From: Alphaproteobacteria bacterium
GTDB lineage: Bacteria; Pseudomonadota; Alphaproteobacteria; GCA-2731375
Assembly: GCA_965226475.1 (NCBI GenBank)
Contig: CBDDDJ010000005.1
Span: forward strand, 1,040,406 to 1,104,405
DNA: 64,000 nt
Direction: 5' to 3'
Shown here: positions 1 through 8,054 of the stretch, one piece after another
Layout: every line of letters begins with the position of its first letter
Numbering within the stretch: the first letter of the stretch is position 1
Position numbers and translations under genes: made by a program
Notes under the pieces: model-generated
Database searches by the model: none
Seen by the model: the letters and a program-made list of their open reading frames with translations, nothing else
What the model was told of the DNA's origin: nothing

Positions 1-159
1 CGGGGCCGACGTCGTTCGGATCGCTGGTCGCCGCAACCGGTTGAAGAACGAATGCCGCTTCGGATCTTTCAATCTTCAGACCCGAAGCCCGCATCGCCTC
101 CAAATGGGCACCGCGCGCAATTGCCTGCCGCCAAGGGGATATTAACCATTGCGGCCTAG
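1..159 (-). pseudogene. 5'-truncated 2-dehydropantoate 2-reductase (PanE/ApbA)-like fragment; continues beyond the window start
   Basis: The minus-strand frame reads ...AIARGAHLEAMRASGLKIERSEAAFVLQPVAATSDPNDVGP. This resembles the stretch just after the Rossmann fold of ketopantoate reductases. The GxGxxG N-terminus is missing because the frame runs directly into the IS3 end at 160. The fragment is not in the ORF track because it has no start codon. Confidence 0.4.
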
Positions 160-194
160 TGTAGCGCACCCGGTTCCTTGGACACAAGTTTGTC

Positions 195-1100
195 TCACGC
201 GGCGGGCCTGATTGAGATCGCGGCGTGCCACGCCTGACGAGCTTGAGCGGGGCTCAGGTAGCCGTTCTTTTCGACGATCCACTGGGCATTGTAGAGTTCG
301 ACGAAGTCGCGGACGGCGTCCCGCAGCTCCGCGATGTTGCGGTAGATGCGACCATGGATGATCTGTTCCTTCAGCGTGCGATTGAACCGCTCGGCGACGC
401 CGTTGGTCTGGGGCTCGGCGACGAAGGCGTAGGACGGCTGGATGCCCCAGAACTTGATCTGGTTGGTGAAGTGGTCCGACAGATACTGGGAGCCGTGATC
501 CATCCGCAAGGCCAGCCCCCGAGCCGCGCCGGCCGCGGTCGAGCCATACAGCCCGGCAAGCCCCATGGAGATCGGCTGCAGGGCGGCGAAGCGGTCGCCG
601 CGCTTGCAGACATGCCAGCCGACACACTCGGCGTTCCAATGCTCGACGGCGGTGAAGATCCAGCCCCAGCCGTCGTCCACCGTGAACACCCGAACGCCAT
701 CGGTGCCCCACATGAGGTTCGGGGCATGAGTGATGATCTCACCGTCATGGGGATTGCCGCCACGGCGGCGGCAGCGATGGGGCGAGAGCAGATTGTTCTC
801 GCGCATCAGGCGGAGCACCCGCTTGCGGGCAACCCGGATGTCGCGACAGACCCGAAGCCGAGCCCAGACCTTGCGGTAGCCCTCGCCCTCCCAGGGCGAT
901 GCCTCCAGGTCGGCTTCGATCGCCACCAGCAGCGCCTGGTTCGAGATCGCGGGCTTCGGTCCCCGACGCTTTGCCGGCGGCTGCTCGGCGTGCTGGCCGG
1001 AGGTCATGGCGTAGAACGAGGAGCGGGCCATGCCCCAGGCGGCGCAGACCCGCCGCAGGCCGTAGGCCAGACCCGTGCCGGGCGAGGTGGCGGCACTCAT
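195..1100 (-). CDS. IS3-family transposase OrfB (DDE / rve integrase core)
   Basis: This is a 301-aa ORF. The DDE blocks are WGTDGVRVFTVDDGWGWIFTAVEHWN, LRMDHGSQYLSDHF and PQTNGVAERFNRTLKEQ. Confidence 0.9.
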   Translation of the reverse strand: MSAATSPGTGLAYGLRRVCAAWGMARSSFYAMTSGQHAEQPPAKRRGPKPAISNQALLVAIEADLEASPWEGEGYRKVWARLRVCRDIRVARKRVLRLMRENNLLSPHRCRRRGGNPHDGEIITHAPNLMWGTDGVRVFTVDDGWGWIFTAVEHWNAECVGWHVCKRGDRFAALQPISMGLAGLYGSTAAGAARGLALRMDHGSQYLSDHFTNQIKFWGIQPSYAFVAEPQTNGVAERFNRTLKEQIIHGRIYRNIAELRDAVRDFVELYNAQWIVEKNGYLSPAQARQAWHAAISIRPAA

Positions 1101-1528
1101 CGCCGCGACCTCCGCCGCCCCAAAGGGCCGAAGGTCTCCGTCTTGGCCTCCAGCAGTTCCACCTGCATGGTCAACTCTCCGATCCGCTTCATGGCGCTAT
1201 CCAGTTCCGCCTGCACCGGATCGCCCTTGCGTTGCTTGAGCGAGGCGTCGATCCCGCCGATCGCTTTCTCACGCCACTGCTCGAGCCGGAAGATCTCTAC
1301 GCCCAACTGGCGCGACAGAAGTTGCACCGGCTCGTCACGCAAAAGCCGCGGAACGACCTCACGCTTGCGCGCCACCGTCCATCGCTGGCCAAGTCCCAGC
1401 GGGCCTGCCGGCAAAGCCTGGCCTGGGGAAAACGTGGACGAGCCAAGCTCGCCCGCATTTACCACAGGCCCATCAACAGCAACTTTCTTCTCAAAATTAT
1501 CGGCCATGTTCCGGTCCTCCTTGGACAC
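1097..1528 (-). CDS. IS3-family transposase OrfA (HTH plus leucine-zipper-like region)
   Basis: This is a 143-aa ORF. The segment WTVARKREVVPRLLRDEPVQLLSRQLGVEIFRLEQWREKA followed by a heptad-like C-terminus is typical of IS3 OrfA. The protein is identical in copy 2. Confidence 0.85.
   Translation of the reverse strand: MSKEDRNMADNFEKKVAVDGPVVNAGELGSSTFSPGQALPAGPLGLGQRWTVARKREVVPRLLRDEPVQLLSRQLGVEIFRLEQWREKAIGGIDASLKQRKGDPVQAELDSAMKRIGELTMQVELLEAKTETFGPLGRRRSRR
1121..1127 (-). promoter_or_regulatory. Candidate -1 ribosomal frameshift heptamer C CCU UUG for OrfAB fusion
   Basis: On the coding strand, ggC CCT TTG ggg fits the X XXY YYZ pattern in the orfA zero frame. It lies 33 nt before the orfA stop, and orfB is in the -1 frame. 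The same site occurs at 57870-57876 in copy 2. This is pattern-based inference only. Confidence 0.3.
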
Positions 1529-1574
1529 TTCGATTAAGCCAATTCTGTGTCCAAGGAAATCGGGTCCGACTCAG

Positions 1575-1958
1575 CAGGACCAGATGGTGGCATATCTGCG
1601 TCGAGGCGGTTTCGCCCGTTCGGTCGTGACGCCGGAGATGCGCGTCCACGCCGACTACCGGTTGAGCGGCAAGGCCAAGCGGCTTGAGCGGCTGGTCGGC
1701 GGCGGCCCGCCGCGCGCCTTCGTCGAACTGGAACTGGTGCTGGTGCGGATCGCCGACGAACGCCTGCTGGCGGTCGAAAGCTACGGCGAGGAAGTGGCCG
1801 CGGCGGACGGCGGGGTCAAGGCTGCTGTAATCGCGCTCAATCAGGCAACCGCGCGGATCTTCCACCGCTTCCTCGGCGGGGCGATGAAAGTCGCTTCCAT
1901 CAACGTCCGCCGCCACTATGCCAGCAGGTCGCCGCCCGAGGTACGTTCCCGGCCGTAG
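1575..1958 (+). pseudogene. 5'-truncated ORF remnant of unknown function, abutting the IS3 end
   Basis: An open frame continues out of the IS: ...MVAYLRRGGFARSVVTPEMRVHADYRLSGKAKRLERLVGGGPPRAFVELELVLVRIADERLLAVESYGEEV... The composition is protein-like, but I do not recognise a family. Confidence 0.3.
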
Positions 1959-2363
1959 ACGCGACGCGCATTGATAGAGACAACTCGAGACGTGGCCGAG
2001 CCGGTGGACGTTGGGGTTCTCTATACCCGACTGGAATTCGGTCCATGAAGTTTAGGGCTTCAAGCCTCATCCTCCGGCGAACGGCCGGGAACGGGAGCGA
2101 AGAACTGGTAATATAGCGCTACGTATTCTGAAATCCGATCAACCTGGCAGGCAATCCCTGCGGCGTCCGTGATGATCATGGAAGGTGTATAATTTAATCC
2201 GATGGACCTATCTTACACGGATCGCATATTGCAATAAGTCGGGTTCTCTTTGACGGGGACTCTCGGCTAGCTCCGGGCGTGGCGGCCATGTCCGCTCAAC
2301 GGGTACTCTACCCTCGTAACCGGAAAGTCGGCGGAAGCTGGGGCGGGGAGGCGCGGGGGCGGC

Positions 2364-2647
2364 ATGGGAAACGGCGATGAGGACTTGGTCATTGGGCAAG
2401 AGGAGGCGGCACTGATCATCGCCAAGGACGGCGAAATGCGTCTCGTCCTGCCGGAACACAAGAGGAGGCGGCACTGATCATCGCCAAGGACGGCGAAATG
2501 CGTCTCGTCCTGCCGGAACACGACGCCGATGACGAGGCTCACCATCGAGTGGCGCTGCTGGCACTGGTGGCAACGAAATTCGAGGATCCGCGGTGGGTGG
2601 CGCAAATGCTGATGGAGTATGAGAAGCTGCCGGACCCATCAGAGTAG
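2364..2647 (+). pseudogene. Small ORF (73 aa if repaired) frameshifted by a 62-bp tandem duplication; sits 8 nt upstream of the FAD oxidoreductase gene
   Basis: The ATG at 2364 reads MGNGDEDLVIGQEEAALIIAKDGEMRLVLPEH, then KRRRH* with a stop at 2475-2477. The second repeat copy restores EEAALIIAKDGEMRLVLPEHDADDEAHHRVALLALVATKFEDPRWVAQMLMEYEKLPDPSE*, with a stop at 2645-2647 in another frame. Both halves are below the ORF-track length cutoff. Confidence 0.45.
2397..2521. repeat. Perfect tandem duplication, period 62 bp
   Basis: Positions 2397-2459 equal 2459-2521 base for base (caagaggaggcggcactgatcatcgccaaggacggcgaaatgcgtctcgtcctgccggaacac). Confidence 0.95.
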
Positions 2648-2655
2648 GTGACGGC

Positions 2656-3870
2656 ATGGATAGACGGATCATTGTCATCGGTGGCGGGGCCGTCGGCTGC
2701 GCCGTCGCCTGGCACTTGGCGCTCCGCCAACTCGGCTCGGTAACGCTTGTCGAGAAGGAGAGCCTGGGAGCCGGCACGACATGGCACTCGGCCGGCAACA
2801 TCACATGGAAGCCGGGTGGAGACCGCGATGATGCGGTGCTCTACATGTTCGACGTTTTGGACCAGCTGCATCGCGAGGGCGAACAGGCGACGGGCTGGTT
2901 GCGCACGGGGCGGCTGTTTCTGGCACGCGACGATGCCGTGCTGGCACGGCTTCGAGCGCAGGCTGAGGAGGCTTCGGCGCGCCAATTCGATTCACGCATG
3001 TTGGGGCCCGAGGAGGCCGCCGAACTGCACCCACTGCTGAGCCCAGGACATCTAGCCGGGGCTTGGCTCAACGGACGGTCCGGGCGACTCAATCCAGCCG
3101 ATCTGACAGCCGCCTATGCTCGGGCCGCCCGCCGGCTTGGCGTCAATATCATCGAGGACTGCCGTGTCGATGGCATCGAGGCTGGACACGGCCGCATCGA
3201 GGCCGTGCGGACGAGCGAGGGGCAGTTGCCGGCGGATGTCGTCGTGGTCTGTACGGGCCTGTGGTCGCGCGCGCTGCTGGCCCCGCTCGACATTGCCTTG
3301 GCACAATGGGGTTGCGAGCATTTTTACGTCATCGCCGAGCCCGGTGTCCGCTTGCCGCGCGAGACGCCGTCATTCGTCTCGCCCGCGGACCTTATTTACG
3401 GGCGCGAGGAAGTCGGCGATTTCCTGTTCGGTTGCTTTGACGAGGCGGCGCTCACCCTGGAACGGGATGCCTTGCCCGATCCCTTCGCCTTTACGCTCCT
3501 GGAGCCGAACTGGGACAAGTTTGCTCCCTACTTCGAGAAGGCGGCGGAACTGTTCCCGACGCTCGAGGACGCCCCGATCAAGCGGTTCGTCAACGGTCCC
3601 GAAAGCTTTACTCCAGACGGCCATCCCTTGATAGGTCGCATCGCGGCGATCGACGGCCTCTATGTCGCCACGGGCATGAACTCGTACGGGGTCACGATCT
3701 CGGCCGCGGCCGGCCACAATATCGCCGACATGATCGCCGACGAGACGCCGCGCTTCCTTGCCGCCGACTACGACCCCGAACGCTTCGGTGCCCGAGCGGC
3801 CGACGTCGCCTGGCTGCGCGGTCGGGTCGCGGACACTCCTAGTGGCTCCTACCGCCGCCGCAACCTCTAG
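2656..3870 (+). CDS. FAD-dependent oxidoreductase (DAO / sarcosine-oxidase-beta-like family)
   Basis: This is a 404-aa ORF. It has the N-terminal dinucleotide fold RIIVIGGGAVGCAVAWHLA, family-typical length and an aggtga RBS. Confidence 0.9.
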   Translation: MDRRIIVIGGGAVGCAVAWHLALRQLGSVTLVEKESLGAGTTWHSAGNITWKPGGDRDDAVLYMFDVLDQLHREGEQATGWLRTGRLFLARDDAVLARLRAQAEEASARQFDSRMLGPEEAAELHPLLSPGHLAGAWLNGRSGRLNPADLTAAYARAARRLGVNIIEDCRVDGIEAGHGRIEAVRTSEGQLPADVVVVCTGLWSRALLAPLDIALAQWGCEHFYVIAEPGVRLPRETPSFVSPADLIYGREEVGDFLFGCFDEAALTLERDALPDPFAFTLLEPNWDKFAPYFEKAAELFPTLEDAPIKRFVNGPESFTPDGHPLIGRIAAIDGLYVATGMNSYGVTISAAAGHNIADMIADETPRFLAADYDPERFGARAADVAWLRGRVADTPSGSYRRRNL

Positions 3871-4024
3871 ATGTGCTCTAGCCTCGGTAGAGTTGCCTGC
3901 TGGCTAGGAATTCCATTCGCGGCGATGTCCGCTCGACGGGGACCATACCTCGGATAGCCCACATTGCGCCGCTCGCCGCCGCGACGCTTCGCCAAATGAT
4001 GTCGAGCCTCGGAGCGCCCGCTCC

Positions 4025-4768
4025 TCACGCCGCCCTTCGCGTCTCCCGGTCCGCCAGCAGGCTGCCGTAGCCCTTGATCGGGGCGTCCATGCCGATGGCG
4101 CGGAAGGCCGCCCAGACGGTCGCCTGGTTCGAGGTGACGACCGGCTTGCCGGTACGCTTCTCCAACTCTTCCACGGCCTCCATCGCCCGCCACGCGGTGC
4201 AGGAGCAGAACAGCACGTCGGCCTCGTCGCGGCAGGCCTTCTCGGCAAACTCGACGACGCTTTCGGGGTCCTGGTCGTTGATCCCTTGGGCACCCGAAGC
4301 GGCGGCGGTCGGCTCGCCGTCCACGTTCAAGACCTCGAAGCCCGCGGCCACCATGTATTCTTCCAACTTCTCGTTGTTCCAGGCCGGGTAGGGGCTGGCA
4401 ATGGAAATCTTCTTGGCGCCGAAGTGGCGCAGCGCCTCGACCGCCGAAGGGCTGGTGGCGACGGCCGGGACGCCGGCCTCGCGCTCGATCAGCTCGATCA
4501 TCTCGCGGTCCCAGCCGGGGCCCTTGAAGAAGCTGCCGGTGGTGCAGCCGTAGGCGACGACGTCGACCTTCGCGGTCGCGAGATGACGGGCGCCGCTCTC
4601 GATGTCGGCGTTCATCCGCTCCATGGCGCTATCGCCGCGGGCGTCGTTGGTCAGCCACATCCGCTGGCCATGGATGGTGACGTCGCCGGGCGCCACCATC
4701 TGGAAGTCCGCCTCGCAACTGGTGTTGGTGGAGGGGATCATCACTCCGATACGCTTGCGAATGGCCAT
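4025..4768 (-). CDS. Maleate cis-trans isomerase / arylmalonate decarboxylase-like protein (Asp/Glu/hydantoin racemase superfamily)
   Basis: This is a 247-aa ORF. Family-typical segments are RIGVMIPSTNTSCEADF, VVAYGCTTGSF and LFCSCTAWRAMEAV, which contain the two catalytic-Cys-type segments. Confidence 0.8.
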   Translation of the reverse strand: MAIRKRIGVMIPSTNTSCEADFQMVAPGDVTIHGQRMWLTNDARGDSAMERMNADIESGARHLATAKVDVVAYGCTTGSFFKGPGWDREMIELIEREAGVPAVATSPSAVEALRHFGAKKISIASPYPAWNNEKLEEYMVAAGFEVLNVDGEPTAAASGAQGINDQDPESVVEFAEKACRDEADVLFCSCTAWRAMEAVEELEKRTGKPVVTSNQATVWAAFRAIGMDAPIKGYGSLLADRETRRAA

Positions 4769-4899
4769 TTTTCTAATCCTCCGTTCCGTCGTTTTCCGAT
4801 AACGGCGATCATACCCTATTCGCCGCGCGATTGGACTCCTCGCGGCGGGGCGGGGACAATCCGGCGAGACCTTGAACAGCGGAGAGGGAGCAACGCGCC

Positions 4900-6021
4900 A
4901 TGGCCAAGCAGGGATACCAAATCATAGACGCCGAGATGCACGTGATGGAGCCCGTGGATCTCTGGGATCGCTACATCGACGAAGAGTTCCGCGACCGCGC
5001 GCCCCGGCGGCTCGACGAGCGGCGCTGGGACATCCGCACCGTGGTCGAGGGCGAGGTGATGGCGACCACGCCCGGCGGCGACTGGCCGGCGTTGACCGAC
5101 GCGGAAGAGACCGCGATGGCGACCCGCTACGCGGAGTCGATCGCCCGCGACTTCGACCCCCAGAGCCAGGTGATCGCGATGGACAAGGAGGGGCTGGACC
5201 TGGCCGTGCTTTATCCGACCGCCGGCATGTACGCGATCGCCTTCGAGCGGATGGATGCCCGCTTCGCCGCCGCCGTCTGCCGGGCCTACAACGACTGGCT
5301 CCACGACTATATCCAGGCCGCCGATCCCAAGCGCCTGTTCGGCGCCGCCGCCGTCTCGCCGCACGATGTGGAGACGGCGGTCGAGGAGACCAAGCGCGCG
5401 GTCGAGAAGCTGGGCATGAAGGCGATCTTCCTCCGCCCCAACATCTTCAACGATCGGCCCTGGCATCATGCCGACTACGATCCCCTGTGGGCCACCTGTC
5501 AGGACCTCAACATCGCCGTCGGGTTCCACGAAACCACCGGCAGCCGGATGCGGGCGGCGGGTGACAACCGCTTCAAGCTGATGGGCCTCGCCCATATCGC
5601 GACCCACCCGCTGGAGCAGATGCTGGCGGCCATGGACGTCATCATGGGCGGCGTGATGGAACGCTTCCCCAAACTGCGCATGGCCTTCCTCGAAGGCAAC
5701 TGTGGCTGGCTGCCGTTCTGGCTCGACCGCATGGACGATCATTACGAATGGCGCCAACCCTACGGCGAACTCGACTATCTGCCGCTGAAGCCGTCGGAAT
5801 ATTTCGCCCGCCAGGGCTTCTGCGCCGTCGAATGCAACGAGGAGTTCGTCTCCCATGTGATTCAGGACTGCGGCGACGACTGCCTGGTCACCACGACCGA
5901 CTATCCCCACGGCGACGCCAAGTATCCGGAAGCAATGAACCTGTTCCTGGATCTGGACCTGAACGAACAGGCCAAGCGCAAGATCCTCTGGGACAACACC
6001 ATCCGTCTCTACGACCTTTGA
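4900..6021 (+). CDS. Amidohydrolase-2 family protein (ACMSD-like metal-dependent hydrolase/decarboxylase)
   Basis: This is a 373-aa ORF. Supporting segments are IIDAEMHVMEP, the central FHETTG and the C-terminal TTTDYPHGD. Confidence 0.85.
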   Translation: MAKQGYQIIDAEMHVMEPVDLWDRYIDEEFRDRAPRRLDERRWDIRTVVEGEVMATTPGGDWPALTDAEETAMATRYAESIARDFDPQSQVIAMDKEGLDLAVLYPTAGMYAIAFERMDARFAAAVCRAYNDWLHDYIQAADPKRLFGAAAVSPHDVETAVEETKRAVEKLGMKAIFLRPNIFNDRPWHHADYDPLWATCQDLNIAVGFHETTGSRMRAAGDNRFKLMGLAHIATHPLEQMLAAMDVIMGGVMERFPKLRMAFLEGNCGWLPFWLDRMDDHYEWRQPYGELDYLPLKPSEYFARQGFCAVECNEEFVSHVIQDCGDDCLVTTTDYPHGDAKYPEAMNLFLDLDLNEQAKRKILWDNTIRLYDL

Positions 6022-6031
6022 GGAGGGCTCC

Positions 6032-6940
6032 ATGCCCATCGGCTTCATCGGCACCGGCAACATCGGCACGCCCATCGCCCACCAGCTGCTGGCCGCCGGC
6101 CACCCGTTGGTGATCCACGATGCCCGGGCCGGCGCGGGCGAGAGCCTGGTCGCGGCGGGCGCCGGCCGGGCCGGGACGATCGCCGAGGTCGCCGCCGCCT
6201 GCGAGGTCATCCACGCCTGCCTGCCGGGCCCGCCGGAGATGGAGGCGGTGGTGCTGGGCGACGCGGGCCTGTTGGAAAGCGCGCGGGCCGGCGGGCTGCT
6301 GATCGACCACACCTCCAACGCCCCCGCGCTCGCCCGCCGGGCGCAGGCGGCGCTGGCCGAAAAGGGCATCGCCATGGTCGACGCCCCAGTCAGCGGCGGG
6401 GTCGAGGGCGCCCGCGTCCGCGACCTGCTGGTGATGGTCGGCGGCGAGGCGGCGGCGATCGCCCGGGCGCGACCCTACCTGGAGGCGATCGCCGAGCGGA
6501 TCATCGAGACCGGTGCCGTGGGGAGCGGCTGCGTCGCCAAGATCTTGCACAACGCCGCCGCCTTCAGCCTCGATCGCATCTTGGCCGAATGCTGGACCAC
6601 CGGCGTCAAGTCCGGCGTCGGCGCCGACGTCCTGGTCGACGTCTTCACCCAAGGCGCGCTCGGCCGCATGAGCAACCTCAAGGTCCGCCTGCGCGAGACC
6701 TGGCTGCAAGGGGAGTTCGAGGCCCGCTTCGCCCTCGCGCTCGGCGCCAAGGACCTGGGCCTCGCCAGCGCGCTCGCCGCCGAGGTCGGCGTGCCGATGG
6801 AGATGGTGGCGCTTTGTGAGGCCGATCTGAAAGAAGCCATGGCGCGCGGCTGGGGCGGCGAGGACACCTCGAAGGTGCTCCTGCTGCAGGAGGAGCGGGC
6901 CGGCGTCGAAGTGCGGCTGCCGAAGGAGGAAGCCGGGTAG
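6032..6940 (+). CDS. NAD(P)-dependent oxidoreductase, 3-hydroxyisobutyrate dehydrogenase family
   Basis: This is a 302-aa ORF. Supporting segments are IGFIGTGNIGTPIAHQL, DAPVSGGVEGA and GSGCVAKILHN. Confidence 0.9.
   Translation: MPIGFIGTGNIGTPIAHQLLAAGHPLVIHDARAGAGESLVAAGAGRAGTIAEVAAACEVIHACLPGPPEMEAVVLGDAGLLESARAGGLLIDHTSNAPALARRAQAALAEKGIAMVDAPVSGGVEGARVRDLLVMVGGEAAAIARARPYLEAIAERIIETGAVGSGCVAKILHNAAAFSLDRILAECWTTGVKSGVGADVLVDVFTQGALGRMSNLKVRLRETWLQGEFEARFALALGAKDLGLASALAAEVGVPMEMVALCEADLKEAMARGWGGEDTSKVLLLQEERAGVEVRLPKEEAG
6193..6919. repeat. 727-bp direct repeat, copy 1 (inside the intact dehydrogenase gene)
   Basis: It aligns colinearly with 9108-9834 at an offset of 2915. Positions 6193-6436 are identical, followed by 14 substitutions between 6437 and 6898. 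Confidence 0.95.
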
Positions 6941-7116
6941 CGGAAATTGACCGCCGTCTCGAACCGCGCCCCCGGGGCCGCCCGCGAAAGGGCGCGTCAG
7001 CGGGTAGTCGACGCCGATAGGCTGCGTCAAGGAACCGAGGAGAGGACGGAAATCGTAAACTGTATCCGTGTTACCGACAACATGGTTTCCGAACAGTTCT
7101 CTTGGCAGTGGAACTG

Positions 7117-7125
7117 TGGTATAAT
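7117..7125 (+). promoter_or_regulatory. Possible extended -10 promoter element TGGTATAAT at the start of the low-G+C cassette
   Basis: The sequence tgg tataat matches the TGnTATAAT pattern. No well-spaced -35 was found; ttggca lies only 12 nt upstream. Confidence 0.25.
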
Positions 7126-7226
7126 TTCCCTGATTTTGGGGGCTCTCTGGGGAAGGTCGGATAATTAGGCCTGCTGTAAAAGAATTCTTTGACGGCGCAA
7201 TAAAGGAGCTCAGGGAGGAATTAAAA

Positions 7227-8015
7227 TTGGACCGTCCGGCAAATGATAGCCCTTGGTGCTCCCGTCATGAATTGTACCACGGTCATTGCGAGGCTGTTCA
7301 ACACGAAATACTTGTTTCGTGTGCGACGTTTATCTTTCGAGGGATGGGCCTCGCCAAGTCAGTCAGAATTAACCTGCTGCGTGATTTGGCGTGCGTCGGC
7401 GCGATATCGTTCTTGTCGTTTGGATGCACGACAATGGAGTTGCCTGAATACAAGGCAGAGCAAATTGAACAATATTCGAATTCGCAGACCAAGAACGAAT
7501 TATCCTTAGCCGTCCACCCGATAGTAGATGAAACTGAAAGCGAAAAGTATTTCGGAGTCTCCCTTCTTGATTCGAGCATTCTTGCGCTGTTTGTGGTCGC
7601 TGAGAATAGGGGAACCTCATCAAGTTTTGTAATATCGAAAGAAGATTTCGTGCTGGTGAATACGCACATCCTCAGCGACAAACTATCTCGCGGTCAGCTC
7701 GCGGGCTCGGAAGGAGTCGGCATAGCAGTATCGCTTACTGGCTACATATTACCGTTACCTTTCATATCACCGTTACTCGTGATCGCCGGTGCAAAAATGA
7801 CCTCGGATGTCACAGTAATCAAACACAATATGACCGTCAAAGAGTTGGGGGGAAAGACGATTTCTCCGGGTGGCAGGGCAGAGGGCTTCGTTTACTTCGA
7901 GTTGCCGAAAGACAGTGGCGAAAGCACTGAATCCTTTTCCCTCTCGGTTGACACCATGAGACTTCAGGACCGTTCTCTTACTCGCTTCCAATTTGAGTTG
8001 GGGATCAAGAGATGA
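7227..8015 (+). CDS. Membrane-anchored protein or lipoprotein of unknown function (low-G+C cassette gene 1)
   Basis: This is a 262-aa ORF from the TTG at 7227, preceded by aaggagctcagggagg with 8-nt spacing. The N-terminal 38 aa are Cys/His-rich (SPWCSRHELYHGHCEAVQHEILVSC). A hydrophobic segment ending in the lipobox-like LSFGC follows. The ATG at 7344 (MGLAKSVRINLL...) is an alternative start but has poor SD spacing. I do not recognise a family. Confidence 0.6.
   Translation: MDRPANDSPWCSRHELYHGHCEAVQHEILVSCATFIFRGMGLAKSVRINLLRDLACVGAISFLSFGCTTMELPEYKAEQIEQYSNSQTKNELSLAVHPIVDETESEKYFGVSLLDSSILALFVVAENRGTSSSFVISKEDFVLVNTHILSDKLSRGQLAGSEGVGIAVSLTGYILPLPFISPLLVIAGAKMTSDVTVIKHNMTVKELGGKTISPGGRAEGFVYFELPKDSGESTESFSLSVDTMRLQDRSLTRFQFELGIKR
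7301..7322. promoter_or_regulatory. Perfect inverted repeat ACACGAAA-N6-TTTCGTGT (operator-like or hairpin)
   Basis: The arms at 7301-7308 and 7315-7322 are exact reverse complements. The site lies 21 nt upstream of the ATG at 7344 and inside the longer TTG-initiated reading frame. Confidence 0.3.
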
Positions 8016-8054
8016 GCATCATGAAAGAAATTTCGAAACCAAAGCTGTGTTACG

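Larger units (their letters stand above)
160..1573 (-). mobile_element. IS3-family insertion sequence, copy 1 (1414 bp)
   Basis: The same 1414-bp element recurs at 56909-58322. It has TG...CA ends and imperfect terminal inverted repeats TGTAGCGCACCCGGTTCCTTGGACACA / TGAGTCGGACCCGATTTCCTTGGACACA. orfA and orfB lie in a -1 frame relationship with an ATGA overlap. The flanking triplets TAG (157-159) and GCA (1574-1576) do not match, so there is no target-site duplication. Confidence 0.9.

Noticed and set aside
7101-7120. A sigma-54-like element, TGGCAG-N5-CTGTGG, upstream of the low-G+C cassette.
   Set aside because: The -12 part lacks the conserved TGC/GC at the correct spacing. Only the GG of the -24 box fits.
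6947-7168. A 73-aa ORF at the left edge of the cassette.
   Set aside because: It has no ribosome-binding site. Its first half is G+C-rich read-through of the repeat junction and its second half is AT-rich. There is no family resemblance.
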